64,000 bases of DNA from Pseudomonadota bacterium (lineage in GTDB: Bacteria > Pseudomonadota > Gammaproteobacteria > Burkholderiales > SG8-39), in NCBI GenBank assembly GCA_027624175.1, contig JAQBXT010000001.1, positions 32,842 through 96,841 on the forward strand. Direction: 5' to 3'. The position numbers were made by a program, and so were the translations under genes. The notes under the pieces were generated by a model. The model saw only the letters and a list, made by a program, of their open reading frames with translations, made no database searches and had not been told where the DNA came from. Below, one piece after another: positions 1 through 10,721 of this stretch; positions within the stretch are counted from its first letter, which is position 1, and each line of letters opens with the position of its first letter.

Positions 1-67
1 CGGGAAGCAAGACGCATTGCGCGGTACATCGAGCGCCTGCTCGCGCGTTTGAAAGGTATCCTGACGC

Positions 68-1744
68 ATGGACTCGAAAATCGACGCGCTGGTCATCGGC
101 GCGGGATTCGCAGGGCTGTACCAGCTCCATAGCCTGCGTGACCGCCTCGGTCTTTCCGCCAAGGTGCTGGAGGCGGGCGGCGACCTCGGCGGCACCTGGT
201 ACTGGAACCGGTATCCCGGCGCGCGCTGCGACTCGGAAAGCCATGCCTACCGCTACTTCTTCTCGCGGGAGCTCAACGAAGAGTGGGAGTGGTCCGAGCG
301 GTACCCGGGGCCGCCCGAGATCCTGAGGTATCTCGGTCGGGTCGCCGAGAAGTTCGACTTGCGGCGCGACATCCGCTTCGGCTGCCGGGTCGTCTCGGCG
401 CGGTACGACGAAACGCGCAACCGGTGGATCGTGCAAACCGACTCGGGCGAGCAGTACGCCGCCACGTACCTCGTCGCTGCGGTCGGGTGTCTCTCCTCGG
501 CGAACGTCCCCGACATTCCCGGGCTGGGCGAATTCGACGGCAAGTGGATCCACAGCGGGCATTGGCCGCATGAAGGCGTGGACATTGCCGGCAAGCGCGT
601 CGGGCAGATCGGCACCGGCTCGACCGGCATCCAGGCCGCGCCCGTGATCGCGCAAACGGCGGCGCATCTCACGGTTTTCCAGCGCACCCCGACCTACAGC
701 GTGCCGGCGCGTAACGCCCCGCTGACCCCGGAATTCAAGCGCTGGGTACGCGAAAACCACGAGGAGATCCGCGCCGCCGTGCGCTCGACGCCGAACGGGC
801 ATGCCTTTCGCATTGCGGAGCGAAACGTCGCGGATGTCACGCCCGAGGAGCGACAGGCGATTTACGAAGCAGCCTGGGAGAAGGGCGGGCTGCAGTTCCG
901 CGCCACCTTCCGCGATCTGCTGGCTGACCAGGCGGCGAACGACACGGCCGCGGAATTCCTCAGGGGACGCATCCGCGCGGTCGTGCGCGACCCGAAGACT
1001 GCCCAGGCGCTCGCCGATATCGACCATCCCTACGCGGCAAAGCGTCCGCCGATCGACACGGATTACTTCGAGACCTTCAACCGCGACAACGTCACGCTGG
1101 TGGACCTGCGCGCCGATCCGATCGAACGCATCACGCCGCGCGGCATTCGCACGCGCAGTGCGGAGCACGCACTCGACATCATCGTGTTCGCCACTGGCTT
1201 CGACGCGCTGACTGGGCCGCTGCTCGCGATCGACATCCGCGGTCGCGGGGGCCGCGCGCTGCGCGAGGACTGGCGTGCCGGCCCGCAGACCTATCTCGGC
1301 CTGCAGGTGCCAGGCTTCCCCAACTTCTTCACGGTGACCGGCCCCGGCAGCCCATCCGTGCTCACCAACATGCCCGTCGCCATCGAGCAGCACGTGGAGT
1401 GGATCACCGATTGCATCGGCCACCTGCGGCGGAACGGCATCGACTCCATCGAGCCCGATCCCGAGGCAGCGCGACGGTGGGGCGCGCACGTGAACGAGGC
1501 GGCCAATGCGACCCTGCTGAGCAAGGCGAAGCACTCGTGGTACTACGGTGCCAACGTGCCGGGCAAGCCCCGCGTCTTCATGCCCTATGCCGGCGGCATG
1601 GCCCGCTACCGGAGGATCTGCGAAGACGTCGCGGCAAGGGGATACGAGGGTTTCTGGCTGAACCGGGGCAGCGAGCGCGAAATTCCGGCCGCCCGTGCCG
1701 GAGCCGCAGGCGAATACGCGGCCGTGCGCGGCCCCGGGATCTAA
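68..1744 (+). CDS. Type I Baeyer-Villiger monooxygenase (cyclohexanone/phenylacetone monooxygenase family)
   Basis: GAGFAG and GTGSTG Rossmann motifs, GGTWYWNRYPGARCD, BVMO fingerprint FxGxxxHxxxW (FDGKWIHSGHW), ATGF, SWYYGANVPGKP. Confidence 0.93.
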   Translation: MDSKIDALVIGAGFAGLYQLHSLRDRLGLSAKVLEAGGDLGGTWYWNRYPGARCDSESHAYRYFFSRELNEEWEWSERYPGPPEILRYLGRVAEKFDLRRDIRFGCRVVSARYDETRNRWIVQTDSGEQYAATYLVAAVGCLSSANVPDIPGLGEFDGKWIHSGHWPHEGVDIAGKRVGQIGTGSTGIQAAPVIAQTAAHLTVFQRTPTYSVPARNAPLTPEFKRWVRENHEEIRAAVRSTPNGHAFRIAERNVADVTPEERQAIYEAAWEKGGLQFRATFRDLLADQAANDTAAEFLRGRIRAVVRDPKTAQALADIDHPYAAKRPPIDTDYFETFNRDNVTLVDLRADPIERITPRGIRTRSAEHALDIIVFATGFDALTGPLLAIDIRGRGGRALREDWRAGPQTYLGLQVPGFPNFFTVTGPGSPSVLTNMPVAIEQHVEWITDCIGHLRRNGIDSIEPDPEAARRWGAHVNEAANATLLSKAKHSWYYGANVPGKPRVFMPYAGGMARYRRICEDVAARGYEGFWLNRGSEREIPAARAGAAGEYAAVRGPGI

Positions 1745-1788
1745 GCGCGGTTCGGTAGCTCCCGGCAGCGGAGGAATCCGACTTCGCC

Positions 1789-1887
1789 TATGAGCTTGTC
1801 GCGTTCGGTCTGGCGCACCACGTTGGCGTTCAGCCCGGCATTCGTGCTCTTACTGTTGCCGCTCGCCGAACTGAGGTTCGCGCCGAG
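1789..1887 (-). pseudogene. Possible remnant of a DUF481/YdiY-like outer-membrane beta-barrel gene
   Basis: Hand translation of the minus strand gives LGANLSSASGNSKSTNAGLNANVVRQTERDKL with no start codon; recalled similarity to the first strands of DUF481. Confidence 0.3.
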
Positions 1888-2040
1888 TTGCGGAAGGTTC
1901 CGCGCGATTCGAAATCGCCCGCCCTTGTGCGCGACTCCCTTGTCAATCGTGTTGGAGTTGCCGGGGTCGTATTGCAGGTGGGCGACTGCGCGCGCAGACT
2001 AGGCAAAATATTCCCGCTTCGCGTTTGCAAGGAGGTCACG

Positions 2041-2628
2041 ATGAATGCGATCCGAAGGTTCGCGCGTTACGTCCTGTTGAGCGTCGCGGCCACTCCCGCG
2101 GTTGCGCAGTACGTGATCATCAACGGCGTCACGCTCGACGACCAGACGAAGGGCGTCCTTGAACGGTCCTACGGCGTGCGCATCCCTCCCGCGCGATACT
2201 GGTACGACCGCGTGTCCGGGGTTTGGGGCTTGGAAGGGGGGCCGGCGCAGGGACAAATTCTCCCGGGCCTGCGATTGGGCGGCCAGTTGCAATCCAGCGC
2301 ATCCAGGGGCAATACCGGAGTGTTCGTCAACGGACGACAACTGCACAAGCTCGATGTCGCGGCACTGCGTCGCTGTACACAGGTCGTTCCCGGGCGTTAC
2401 TGGGTCGCCGCAAATGGTCTCGGCGGCTATGAAGGAGGCCCGCCGACGTTCAATCTGGCGGTTCTCTGTGGCAACGCTTCGGGCGGAGGCTCCAGTACCC
2501 GCTGCGACAACTATGGCGGCGGGCAATTCAACTGCAGCAATCAGCGCACTGGGATCGGAATGATCAGCGAGGGTGGCGGTCGGGGAGCAGTGTTCGTGGG
2601 CGGCAAAGTGATCATGACCCCCAACTGA
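2041..2628 (+). CDS. Secreted hypothetical protein with a plant XLG/EDR4-like domain
   Basis: RBS AAGGAGG before ATG 2041; signal peptide ending AVA-Q; motifs PARYWYDRVSGVWGLEG, ASRGNTGVFVNGRQL, GRYWV. Confidence 0.75.
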   Translation: MNAIRRFARYVLLSVAATPAVAQYVIINGVTLDDQTKGVLERSYGVRIPPARYWYDRVSGVWGLEGGPAQGQILPGLRLGGQLQSSASRGNTGVFVNGRQLHKLDVAALRRCTQVVPGRYWVAANGLGGYEGGPPTFNLAVLCGNASGGGSSTRCDNYGGGQFNCSNQRTGIGMISEGGGRGAVFVGGKVIMTPN

Positions 2629-2641
2629 AGCGTCCTCCGGT

Positions 2642-3418
2642 TTACTTCAGCACCCCGAGCAGCTGCGGCAGGACCTTGGGTGTCGCGGCGGCGATCTCGC
2701 CGCGATCGAGGAAATTCTGCCCGCCCTGCAGGTCGCTGACCATGCCGCCCGCCTCCTGGATCAGCAGCGCGCCCGCCGCCATGTCCCAGCGCGACAATCC
2801 CATCTCCCAGAAGGCGTCGAGGCGTCCCGCGGCGACGTAAGCCAGATCCAGCGCCGCAGCGCCGGCGCGGCGCACGCCCGCGGAGGAGGTCATCATGGTG
2901 CGCAGCTGGCGCATGTAGAGATCCAGGCGATCCACTTCCTTGAAGGGAAAACCGGTGCCCACCAGCGCGTCCTGAAGCTGCGTGCACTTGGAGACCCGCA
3001 TGCGCCGGTCGTCGAGGAACGCGCCGCGCCCGCGGCTGGCGGTGAACAGCTCGTTCTTGCCGGGGTCGTAGACCACGCCCTGCGTCAGCACACCCTTGTG
3101 CTCGAGGGCGATGGATACGCAATACTGGGGAAAGCCGTGGATGTAGTTGGTGGTGCCGTCGAGCGGATCGATCACCCACTGGTACTCGGGGCGCGCCCCG
3201 GGCGTGTCGCCGGATTCCTCGGCGAGGATGCTGTGCTCGGGGTAGGCGGCGCGGATCACGCCGATGATCGCCAGCTCGGCGGCCTTGTCCACCTGGGTGA
3301 CGAAATCGTTCTTGTTCTTGGCTTTGACTTCGAGCGCGCCACCCTCCAGCGCGGCGCGATTGATGATCGAGCCGGCGCGCCGCGCGGCTTTGATTGCGAT
3401 ATTGAGCATCGGATGCAT
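2642..3418 (-). CDS. suhB: Inositol monophosphatase family protein SuhB
   Basis: N-terminus [50 protein letters not shown]; divergent from trmJ. Confidence 0.95.
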   Translation of the reverse strand: MHPMLNIAIKAARRAGSIINRAALEGGALEVKAKNKNDFVTQVDKAAELAIIGVIRAAYPEHSILAEESGDTPGARPEYQWVIDPLDGTTNYIHGFPQYCVSIALEHKGVLTQGVVYDPGKNELFTASRGRGAFLDDRRMRVSKCTQLQDALVGTGFPFKEVDRLDLYMRQLRTMMTSSAGVRRAGAAALDLAYVAAGRLDAFWEMGLSRWDMAAGALLIQEAGGMVSDLQGGQNFLDRGEIAAATPKVLPQLLGVLK

Positions 3419-3439
3419 GCCGTATTCTAGACTGCGCGC

Positions 3440-4132
3440 ATGTCCGACATTCGCATCGTTCTGTGCAGGCCGAGCCATCCCGGCAACATCGGCGCTGCTG
3501 CGCGCGCCATGAAAACCATGGGGCTGTCCGATTTGCGCCTGGTGGCGCCGCAGCGCTTTCCCGCGCCCGAGGACGCATGGATGGCGACGCACGCCGCCGA
3601 CGTGCTCGCGGCGGCGCGCACGCACGCGACGCTCACCGAGGCGATCGCCGATTGCGCCGCGGCATTCGCGCTCTCCGCGCGCCCGCGCGAATGGTCGCCG
3701 CAAGTGCTGGATGCCCGTGCGGCTGCGGCGCGCGCCGTCGCGCTGGACGCGCCGGTCGCGTTCGTCTTCGGCAGCGAGAGCGCCGGGCTCAGCAACGACG
3801 AGCTGTTCGCCTGCCAGTTCCTGGTCCACATTCCCGCCGCGCCCGGTTCGAGCTCGCTCAACCTGGCGCAGGCGGTGCAGGTCGTCAGCTACGAATTGCT
3901 GATGGCACAGGGCACAGCGGTGCCCCCAATGCGGTCCGAGAAGCTGGCGACGGTGGACGATATCGAAGGCCTTTACGGCCATCTCGAACAGGCCGCGACC
4001 GCGAACGACTTCATGGCCCCCGGGTCCAAGTTGCGCGAGCGCTGGCGGCGCCTCTTTTCCCGCGTTCCCGCGTTGGAACGGGAGGAGGTGAACATCTTGA
4101 GGGGGCTGCTCAAATCCCTGCTCAAAAAATAG
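3440..4132 (+). CDS. trmJ: tRNA (C32/U32)-2'-O-methyltransferase TrmJ (SPOUT family)
   Basis: [44 protein letters not shown]; suhB-trmJ-cysE-isc synteny. Confidence 0.92.
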   Translation: MSDIRIVLCRPSHPGNIGAAARAMKTMGLSDLRLVAPQRFPAPEDAWMATHAADVLAAARTHATLTEAIADCAAAFALSARPREWSPQVLDARAAAARAVALDAPVAFVFGSESAGLSNDELFACQFLVHIPAAPGSSSLNLAQAVQVVSYELLMAQGTAVPPMRSEKLATVDDIEGLYGHLEQAATANDFMAPGSKLRERWRRLFSRVPALEREEVNILRGLLKSLLKK

Positions 4133-4153
4133 TTGATCGAAATACTCGGATAA
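4129..4153 (+). promoter_or_regulatory. Putative IscR type 1 binding site upstream of cysE
   Basis: ATAGTTGATCGAAATACTCGGATAA resembles the IscR type 1 consensus ATASYYGACTRwwwYAGTCRRSTAT; AT-rich patch in GC-rich DNA. Confidence 0.6.
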
Positions 4154-4167
4154 TCTAAAGTTGGCGC

Positions 4168-4869
4168 ATGTTCAGTCGATTGCGTGAAGACATTGCGAGC
4201 ATTTTCGAGCGTGACCCGGCGGCGCGGACTACCTTCGAGGTCCTGACCTGCTACCCGGGGCTGCACGCGATCTACATCCACAAGCTTGCCCGGTGGTTCT
4301 GGACGCACGGGCTGCGCTGGGCGGGCCGATTCACGTCCCACCTCGGGCGCTGGGTGACCGGCATCGAAATCCACCCGGCCGTCATCATCGGCCGGCGCGT
4401 GTTCATCGATCACGGCATGGGCGTGGTGATCGGCGAGACCGCGGAAGTGGGCGACGATTGCACCATCTACCAAGGCGTGACGCTCGGCGGAACGACCTTG
4501 TACCGGGGCGCCAAGCGCCATCCGACCCTCGGTGCGGGTGTGGTGGTCGGCGCGGGCGCCAAGGTGTTGGGCGGGTTCACCGTCGGCGTGGGCGCCAAGA
4601 TTGGCTCCAATGCCGTGGTGGTGAAGGAGGTTCCGGCCGGTGCCACCGTGGTCGGCATTCCGGGGCGCATCGTCGAGGAAGGCAAGGCCCAGCCGGCAGG
4701 CTTCTCGGCCTACGCGGTGGGCCAGAACGTGGACGACCCCTACGCGCAGGAGATCCAGAAGCTCTCCGAGCATTCGGCCGAGTTGGAGTGGGCCCTCGCC
4801 AAGCTCAGGGAGAAGCTGGCCGAACTCGAGAAAGACGAGCGCAGAGAACAACTTAGGGCGATCAAGTAA
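4168..4869 (+). CDS. cysE: Serine O-acetyltransferase
   Basis: [39 protein letters not shown] hexapeptide repeats. Confidence 0.96.
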   Translation: MFSRLREDIASIFERDPAARTTFEVLTCYPGLHAIYIHKLARWFWTHGLRWAGRFTSHLGRWVTGIEIHPAVIIGRRVFIDHGMGVVIGETAEVGDDCTIYQGVTLGGTTLYRGAKRHPTLGAGVVVGAGAKVLGGFTVGVGAKIGSNAVVVKEVPAGATVVGIPGRIVEEGKAQPAGFSAYAVGQNVDDPYAQEIQKLSEHSAELEWALAKLREKLAELEKDERREQLRAIK

Positions 4870-4922
4870 TTGTTGACAAATTCTGTCGGGATTAGCTATA
4901 CTTGAGTGCGTTTATCAGGTAT
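4869..4922 (+). promoter_or_regulatory. isc operon sigma70 promoter overlapped by two tandem IscR type 1 sites
   Basis: -35 TTGACA (4873-4878), -10 TATACT (4897-4902); sites ATTGTTGACAAATTCTGTCGGGATT (4869-4893) and ATACTTGAGTGCGTTTATCAGGTAT (4898-4922). Confidence 0.75.
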
Positions 4923-4933
4923 TCGGAGCCGAC

Positions 4934-5392
4934 ATGAGACTGACGACGAAGGGCAGGTTTGCGGTCACCGCGATGGTGGATCTGGCCATGCGCCAGACCC
5001 GCGGACCGGTGACGCTTGCGGCCATCAGCGGGCGGCAGCACATCTCGCTGTCCTACCTTGAGCAGCTGTTCGGCAAACTGCGCCGCAGGAATCTCGTCTC
5101 CAGCGTGCGCGGGCCGGGCGGCGGGTACCGCCTGGCGCAGCCGATGCAGGGCATCACGGTGGCCGCGATCGTCATTGCGGTGGACGAGCCGCTCGATGCC
5201 ACGCAATGCGGCGGCAAGGAGAACTGCGCCGACGACAAGCGCTGCATGACGCACCACCTGTGGGCCAATCTGAACAAGAAGATGCACGAGTACCTGTCGT
5301 CGGTGAGCCTGGCGGACCTGGTGGCGCAGCAGGCGGACAGGCCGGTCACGGTGCTGATGGACAAGCGCGCGGCGGAAAAGGTGGCGGCGTGA
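4934..5392 (+). CDS. iscR: Fe-S cluster assembly transcriptional regulator IscR
   Basis: [30 protein letters not shown], three Cys plus His ([16 protein letters not shown]). Confidence 0.97.
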   Translation: MRLTTKGRFAVTAMVDLAMRQTRGPVTLAAISGRQHISLSYLEQLFGKLRRRNLVSSVRGPGGGYRLAQPMQGITVAAIVIAVDEPLDATQCGGKENCADDKRCMTHHLWANLNKKMHEYLSSVSLADLVAQQADRPVTVLMDKRAAEKVAA

Positions 5393-6597
5393 AGCTGCCG
5401 ATCTACCTCGACTACTCGGCGACCACGCCGGTGGACCCGCGCGTGGCGCAGAAGATGATTCCGTATCTCACCGAGCACTTCGGCAACCCGGCGAGCCGCT
5501 CGCACTCGTTCGGCTGGGCGGCGGAGCAGGCGGTGGACGAAGCGCGCGGCCACGTCGCCGCCCTGATCGGCGCCGACCCGAAGGAGATCGTGTGGACCTC
5601 GGGGGCCACCGAGGGCAACAACCTCGCCATCAAGGGCGCCGCGCAGTTCAACAAGACGCGCGGCAAGCACCTGATCACGCAGAAGACCGAGCACAAGGCG
5701 ACCCTCGACACCATGCGCGAGCTCGAGCGCCAGGGCTTCGAGTGCACCTACCTCGAAGTCGAGGAGAACGGCCTCGTCGACCTGAACAAGCTCGAGGCGG
5801 CGATCCGCCCGGACACCATCCTGGTGTCGATCATGATGGTCAACAACGAGATCGGCGTGATCCAGCCGATCGCCGAGATCGGCGAACTGTGCCGCGCGAA
5901 GAACATCGTGTTCCATTGCGACGCGGTGCAGGCGGCCGGCAAGCTGCCGATCGACCTCGCCACGCTGAAAGTGGACCTGCTGACGATCACCGCGCACAAG
6001 ATGTACGGCCCCAAGGGCATCGGCGCGCTGTACGTGCGCAGGAAGCCGCGCGTCAGGATCGAACCGCAGATCCACGGCGGCGGGCACGAGCGGGGATTTC
6101 GCTCCGGCACGCTGGCCACGCACCAGATCGTCGGCATGGGCGAGGCGGCGCGCCTCGCCAGGCTGGAGATGGCCACCGACAACGAGCGCATCCGCGCACT
6201 GCGCGACCGGCTGTGGCGCGGCCTGTCGTCGATGGAGGCGGCGGTGCTGAACGGCGACCTGGAGCGGCGCATCCCGGGCAACCTCAACGTCAGTTTCAAC
6301 TACGTCGAGGGCGAATCGCTGATCATGGCGATCAAGGACATCGCGGTATCCTCGGGCTCGGCCTGCACCTCGGCCTCGCTCGAGCCGTCCTACGTGCTGC
6401 GCGCGCTGGGGCGCTCGGATGAGCTGGCGCATTCGTCGATCCGCTTCACGCTCGGCAAGTACACCACCGAGCAGGAAATCGACTATGCGGTGAACTTGGT
6501 GAAGACCAAGGTGACGAAACTGCGCGAGCTCTCGCCACTGTGGGAAATGTACAAGGACGGCGTCGACTTGAATACGGTCCAGTGGGCCGCACATTGA
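5389..6597 (+). CDS. iscS: Cysteine desulfurase IscS
   Basis: GTG start overlapping the iscR stop; [18 protein letters not shown] (PLP lysine), SSGSACTS, C-terminal WAAH. Confidence 0.98.
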   Translation: MKLPIYLDYSATTPVDPRVAQKMIPYLTEHFGNPASRSHSFGWAAEQAVDEARGHVAALIGADPKEIVWTSGATEGNNLAIKGAAQFNKTRGKHLITQKTEHKATLDTMRELERQGFECTYLEVEENGLVDLNKLEAAIRPDTILVSIMMVNNEIGVIQPIAEIGELCRAKNIVFHCDAVQAAGKLPIDLATLKVDLLTITAHKMYGPKGIGALYVRRKPRVRIEPQIHGGGHERGFRSGTLATHQIVGMGEAARLARLEMATDNERIRALRDRLWRGLSSMEAAVLNGDLERRIPGNLNVSFNYVEGESLIMAIKDIAVSSGSACTSASLEPSYVLRALGRSDELAHSSIRFTLGKYTTEQEIDYAVNLVKTKVTKLRELSPLWEMYKDGVDLNTVQWAAH

Positions 6598-6626
6598 CGT
6601 AGGGTGGGCCACCGGCCCACCTTACG
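6598..6626. repeat. GTAG-type REP palindrome of the family flanking the RAYT
   Basis: CGTAGGGTGGGCC-ACC-GGCCCACCTTACG; the left arm is identical to the REP at 16807-16839. Confidence 0.85.
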
Positions 6627-6642
6627 GCATCTGGAGAATCAC

Positions 6643-7065
6643 ATGGCATACAGCGAAAAAGTCATCGATCACTACGAAAATCCGCGCAACGTCGGTTCCT
6701 TCGACAAGGACGACGAGGCGGTGGGCACCGGCATGGTGGGCGCGCCGGCCTGCGGCGACGTGATGAAGCTGCAGATCCGGGTCAACAAGGACGGCGTCAT
6801 CGAGGACGCACGCTTCAAGACCTACGGCTGCGGCTCGGCCATCGCTTCGTCCTCGCTGGTCACGGAATGGGTCAAGGGCAAGCGCCTGGACGAGGCGGCG
6901 GGCATCAAGAACACCCAGATCGCCGAGGAGCTGTCGCTGCCGCCGGTGAAGATCCACTGCTCGATCCTGGCCGAGGACGCGATCAAGGCCGCGGTGGAGG
7001 ACTACAGGAAAAAGCACGGCGTGCAGGCCGTGCAACCGAAACCCGCCGAGCAGAAGGTTGCCTGA
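6643..7065 (+). CDS. iscU: Fe-S scaffold protein IscU
   Basis: [45 protein letters not shown]. Confidence 0.98.
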   Translation: MAYSEKVIDHYENPRNVGSFDKDDEAVGTGMVGAPACGDVMKLQIRVNKDGVIEDARFKTYGCGSAIASSSLVTEWVKGKRLDEAAGIKNTQIAEELSLPPVKIHCSILAEDAIKAAVEDYRKKHGVQAVQPKPAEQKVA

Positions 7066-7066
7066 G

Positions 7067-7390
7067 ATGGCAGTGACCCTCACCGAGAAGGCCGCGGCGC
7101 ACGTGCAGAACTTCTTTGCCAAGCGCGGCAAGGGCGTCGCGCTGCGCCTGGGCGTGCGCACTTCCGGTTGCTCGGGATTCGCCTACAAGCTCGAGTTCGC
7201 CGATGCGGTGAGCCCGGATGATCACCTGTTCGAGAGCCACGGCGTGAAGGTGGTGGTGGACCCGAAGAGCCTGCCGTTCCTGGAAGGCACGCAGCTCGAT
7301 TTCACCCGCGAGGGGCTGAACGAAGGTTTCAAGTTCAGCAATCCCAACATCAAGGACGAATGCGGCTGCGGAGAATCGTTTAACGTTTGA
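7067..7390 (+). CDS. iscA: Fe-S assembly A-type carrier IscA
   Basis: SGCSG and C-terminal CGCGESF. Confidence 0.97.
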   Translation: MAVTLTEKAAAHVQNFFAKRGKGVALRLGVRTSGCSGFAYKLEFADAVSPDDHLFESHGVKVVVDPKSLPFLEGTQLDFTREGLNEGFKFSNPNIKDECGCGESFNV

Positions 7391-7893
7391 AGAACCACTT
7401 CGAGCTCTTCGGCCTCACGCCGGCCTTCGCGCTCGAGATTGAATCGCTCGAGCGCTCATACCGCGAGATCCAGTCGCAGATCCACCCCGATCGCTACGCG
7501 CAGGCGGGCGACGCCGAGCGGCGCGCCTCGATGCAGTGGACCACGCGCGTAAACCAGGCCTACCGGACGCTGAAGAGCCCAGTGCAGCGGGCCCGGTACC
7601 TTCTGGAGATGAACGGCGTGGACGTGGAGTTCGAGACCAATACGCAGATGCCGACGGACTTCCTGATCAAGCAGCTGGAGTTGCGCGAGGCGCTCGACGC
7701 GGCAAAGCAGCCCGAGGCGCTGGACCGGCTGCAGGCCGAGGTGCGCGCGCAGAAGGCGCTGCTCGAACAGGGCATCGCCCGGCTGGTGGATGCACAGAAG
7801 GACTACGCGGCGGCGGCTGGCGAGGTGAGAAAGCTCATGTTCCTCGACAAGCTCGACGCAGAAATCGACCTGGCCTACGAAGAGGCTCACTAG
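7387..7893 (+). CDS. hscB: Fe-S co-chaperone HscB
   Basis: NHFELFGL, J-domain [17 protein letters not shown]. Confidence 0.96.
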   Translation: MKNHFELFGLTPAFALEIESLERSYREIQSQIHPDRYAQAGDAERRASMQWTTRVNQAYRTLKSPVQRARYLLEMNGVDVEFETNTQMPTDFLIKQLELREALDAAKQPEALDRLQAEVRAQKALLEQGIARLVDAQKDYAAAAGEVRKLMFLDKLDAEIDLAYEEAH

Positions 7894-9761
7894 TGGCGCT
7901 GCTGCAGATCGCGGAGCCGGGCCTGTCCACCGCGCCCCACGAGCGCCGGCTGGCGGTGGGCATCGACCTGGGCACCACGAATTCCCTCATCGCCACGGTG
8001 CGCAGCGGCGCCGCGGCCGTGCTGCCCGATGCCCGGGGCCGGCCGTTGCTGCCCTCGATCGTGCGCTACCTCGCCGACGGGCGTGTCGAGGTCGGCTACG
8101 CGGCCGAAGCCAGGCAATCCGAGGACCCGAAGAACACCATCGTCTCCGCCAAGCGCTACATGGGGCGCGCCCTCAAGGACGTGGCGCACGCGGAGCACGC
8201 GCCGTACGATTTCGTCGATGCACCCGGCATGCTGCAGATTCGCACCGTCGCTGGCGTGAAGAGCCCGGTGGAAGTGTCCGCCGAGATCCTGAAAGTGCTG
8301 CACGCCCGCGCCGAAGCATCGCTGGGCGACAAGCTTGCGGACGCGGTGATCACGGTACCCGCCTACTTCGACGACGCACAGCGCCAGGCGACCAAGGACG
8401 CCGGGCGGCTCGCGGGGCTCAACGTGCTGCGCCTGCTGAACGAGCCCACCGCGGCGGCGATCGCCTACGGCCTGGACAACGCCGCGGAGGGTACCTACGC
8501 GGTGTACGACCTGGGCGGCGGCACGTTCGACATTTCCATCCTGAAACTGTCCAAAGGCGTGTTCGAGGTGGTGGCCACCAGCGGCGACTCGGCGCTGGGC
8601 GGCGACGATTTCGACCATCGCGTGTTCTGCTGGGTGGCGGAAGAGGCGAAGCTCGCGCCGCTCTGCGCCGGTGACATGCGTTTGCTGCTGGTCAAGTCGC
8701 GCGAGGCGAAGGAGTCCCTGACCACGCACAGCGAAGCGCGCATCACGGCGAAACTGTCCACGGGGGAGTTCGTCGACCTGGTCCTGGACAGCGAGACCTT
8801 CTGCCGCATCACGCACCACCTGGTGCAAAAGACGCTGGCGCCCATGCGCAAGGCCCTGCGCGACGCGCAACTGGGCGTGGACGACGTGAAGGGCGTGGTG
8901 ATGGTGGGGGGCTCGACCCGCATGCCGCAGATCCAGCATGCGGTGGGCGAATTCTTTCGCCGCGACCCGCTCAACAATCTCGACCCGGACAAGGTGGTGG
9001 CGCTGGGCGCTGCGATGCAGGCCGACGTACTCGCCGGCAACAAGCCCGCAGGCGAGGACTGGTTGCTGCTCGACGTGATCCCGCTGTCGCTGGGCATCGA
9101 AACCATGGGCGGGCTGGCGGAGAAGATCATCCCGCGCAACTCGACCATCCCGGTGGCGCGCGCGCAGGAGTTCACCACTTTCAAGGACGGCCAGACCGGG
9201 ATGAGCTTTCACGTGGTCCAGGGCGAGCGCGAGCTGGTCTCGGACTGCCGCTCGCTCGCGCGGTTCGAACTGAAGGGCATCCCGCCGATGGCGGCCGGCG
9301 CGGGACGCGTGCGCGTGATGTTCCAGGTCGACGCCGACGGCCTGCTGTCGGTGGCCGCAGAAGAGCGCACCACGAACGCGCAGGCCTCGGTGACGGTCAA
9401 GCCTTCCTACGGGCTGGGCGACACCGACATCGAGCGCATGCTCAGGGATTCCTTCGAGCATGCGAAGGACGACATGCACGCGCGCGCGCGGCACGAGGCG
9501 CGCGTCGACGCGCAGCGCCTGCTGGAAGCGGTGCGCACCGCGCTGAACGCCGACGGTGCGCTGCTCTCCGCGGCCGAGCGCGAGGAAATCGAGCGGCAGG
9601 CCGCGGCGCTCGCCGCCGTGGCCGGCTCGAACGAGCATCGCGCCATCCGGCAGGCGAGCGAGGCGCTCAACCGGGCGACCGAGGAGTTCGCCGGGCGTCG
9701 CATGGACGCCGGCGTGCGCCGCGCGCTGGCCGGCCGCAAGATCGCCAGCCTGGACCTCTGA
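7893..9761 (+). CDS. hscA: Fe-S chaperone HscA (Hsp70 family)
   Basis: [10 protein letters not shown]-terminus, [25 protein letters not shown]. Confidence 0.97.
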   Translation: MALLQIAEPGLSTAPHERRLAVGIDLGTTNSLIATVRSGAAAVLPDARGRPLLPSIVRYLADGRVEVGYAAEARQSEDPKNTIVSAKRYMGRALKDVAHAEHAPYDFVDAPGMLQIRTVAGVKSPVEVSAEILKVLHARAEASLGDKLADAVITVPAYFDDAQRQATKDAGRLAGLNVLRLLNEPTAAAIAYGLDNAAEGTYAVYDLGGGTFDISILKLSKGVFEVVATSGDSALGGDDFDHRVFCWVAEEAKLAPLCAGDMRLLLVKSREAKESLTTHSEARITAKLSTGEFVDLVLDSETFCRITHHLVQKTLAPMRKALRDAQLGVDDVKGVVMVGGSTRMPQIQHAVGEFFRRDPLNNLDPDKVVALGAAMQADVLAGNKPAGEDWLLLDVIPLSLGIETMGGLAEKIIPRNSTIPVARAQEFTTFKDGQTGMSFHVVQGERELVSDCRSLARFELKGIPPMAAGAGRVRVMFQVDADGLLSVAAEERTTNAQASVTVKPSYGLGDTDIERMLRDSFEHAKDDMHARARHEARVDAQRLLEAVRTALNADGALLSAAEREEIERQAAALAAVAGSNEHRAIRQASEALNRATEEFAGRRMDAGVRRALAGRKIASLDL

Positions 9762-10108
9762 TGCCGAGGCTCAAGGTGCTGCCACATGCCGAGTTGTGCC
9801 CGCAGGGCGCGGAATTCGAGGCGCGGCCCGGGGTGTCGATCTGCAACGCGCTGCTCGAGCATGACGTCGACATCGAGCACGCCTGCGAGAAGTCCTGCGC
9901 CTGCACCACCTGCCACGTGATCCTGCGCGAGGGATTCCGGTCGCTCGAGCCCGCCGAGGAGAAGGAGGAGGACCTGCTCGACAAGGCCTGGGGGCTGGAA
10001 GCGAATTCACGCCTGTCCTGCCAGGCGCTGGTGGCGGACAAGGACTTGATCATCGAGATCCCGAAGTACACCATCAACTACGAGCGCGAGGGTGGGGGAA
10101 ACAAATGA
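9761..10108 (+). CDS. fdx: ISC system [2Fe-2S] ferredoxin
   Basis: [19 protein letters not shown]. Confidence 0.97.
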   Translation: MPRLKVLPHAELCPQGAEFEARPGVSICNALLEHDVDIEHACEKSCACTTCHVILREGFRSLEPAEEKEEDLLDKAWGLEANSRLSCQALVADKDLIIEIPKYTINYEREGGGNK

Positions 10109-10299
10109 AGTGGACCGACACGCTGGACATCGCCATTGCCCTGAGCGAAAAATACCCCGATACGGACCCCAAGGCGGTGCGCTTTACCGACCTGTACCAG
10201 TGGGTGCTGCAGCTCCCCGGGTTCGACGACGATCCGAAGCGCTGCGGCGAGAAGATCCTGGAAGGCATCCAGATGGCCTGGATCGAGGAGGCGGAGTGA
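10105..10299 (+). CDS. iscX: Fe-S assembly protein IscX
   Basis: MKWTD...VRFTDL...[14 protein letters not shown]. Confidence 0.96.
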   Translation: MKWTDTLDIAIALSEKYPDTDPKAVRFTDLYQWVLQLPGFDDDPKRCGEKILEGIQMAWIEEAE

Positions 10300-10705
10300 G
10301 CATGCTGGGCGAGCGTCTGGCGCGCGCATTTGCCGGCCGCAAGGTCCTCGAGCTGCGCGGCGGCGACAGCCGGTGGACAGCAGCGTTTGCCGATCGCGCC
10401 GCCCAGGTCACCACGCACGAGCTCGTCGGCGAAGACTTTGCGCTGCCGGATTTCGGCCGCCGCCACGACGCGCTGTTCGCGGCCTCGTGGTGGTCCCAGG
10501 TGCCCGCCGAGTGCCTGGATGCATATGTTTGCAGCAAGCGGTCGCCGCGGTGGCGCCGGGGGCTCTGATGGCGATCGTAGGCGAGCGCGGCGGCGGCGCG
10601 CCCACGGAAAGCGAATTGATTCGCCGCGCCTCGCGCTACGGCTGGGGTGCGAACGTCGAACTGCTGCCGGACTACTGGCTATTGACCTGGTGGGCGCCGC
10701 GCTGA
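10296..10705 (+). pseudogene. Frameshifted, degenerate class I SAM-methyltransferase-like gene
   Basis: GTG overlapping the iscX stop; KVLEL.GG...DALFAASWWSQVP in one frame, continuing LQQAVAAVAPGA...YWLLTW in another after ~10527. Confidence 0.55.
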
Positions 10706-10721
10706 GCGCGCCCGCAGCGCG

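Noticed and set aside
5053-9638. Long antisense and alternative-frame ORFs (e.g. 5053-6612, 7890-9638, also 31844-34582 and 54057-56321)
   Set aside because: Shadow ORFs expected from high GC3 codon usage opposite well-supported genes; no recognisable motifs
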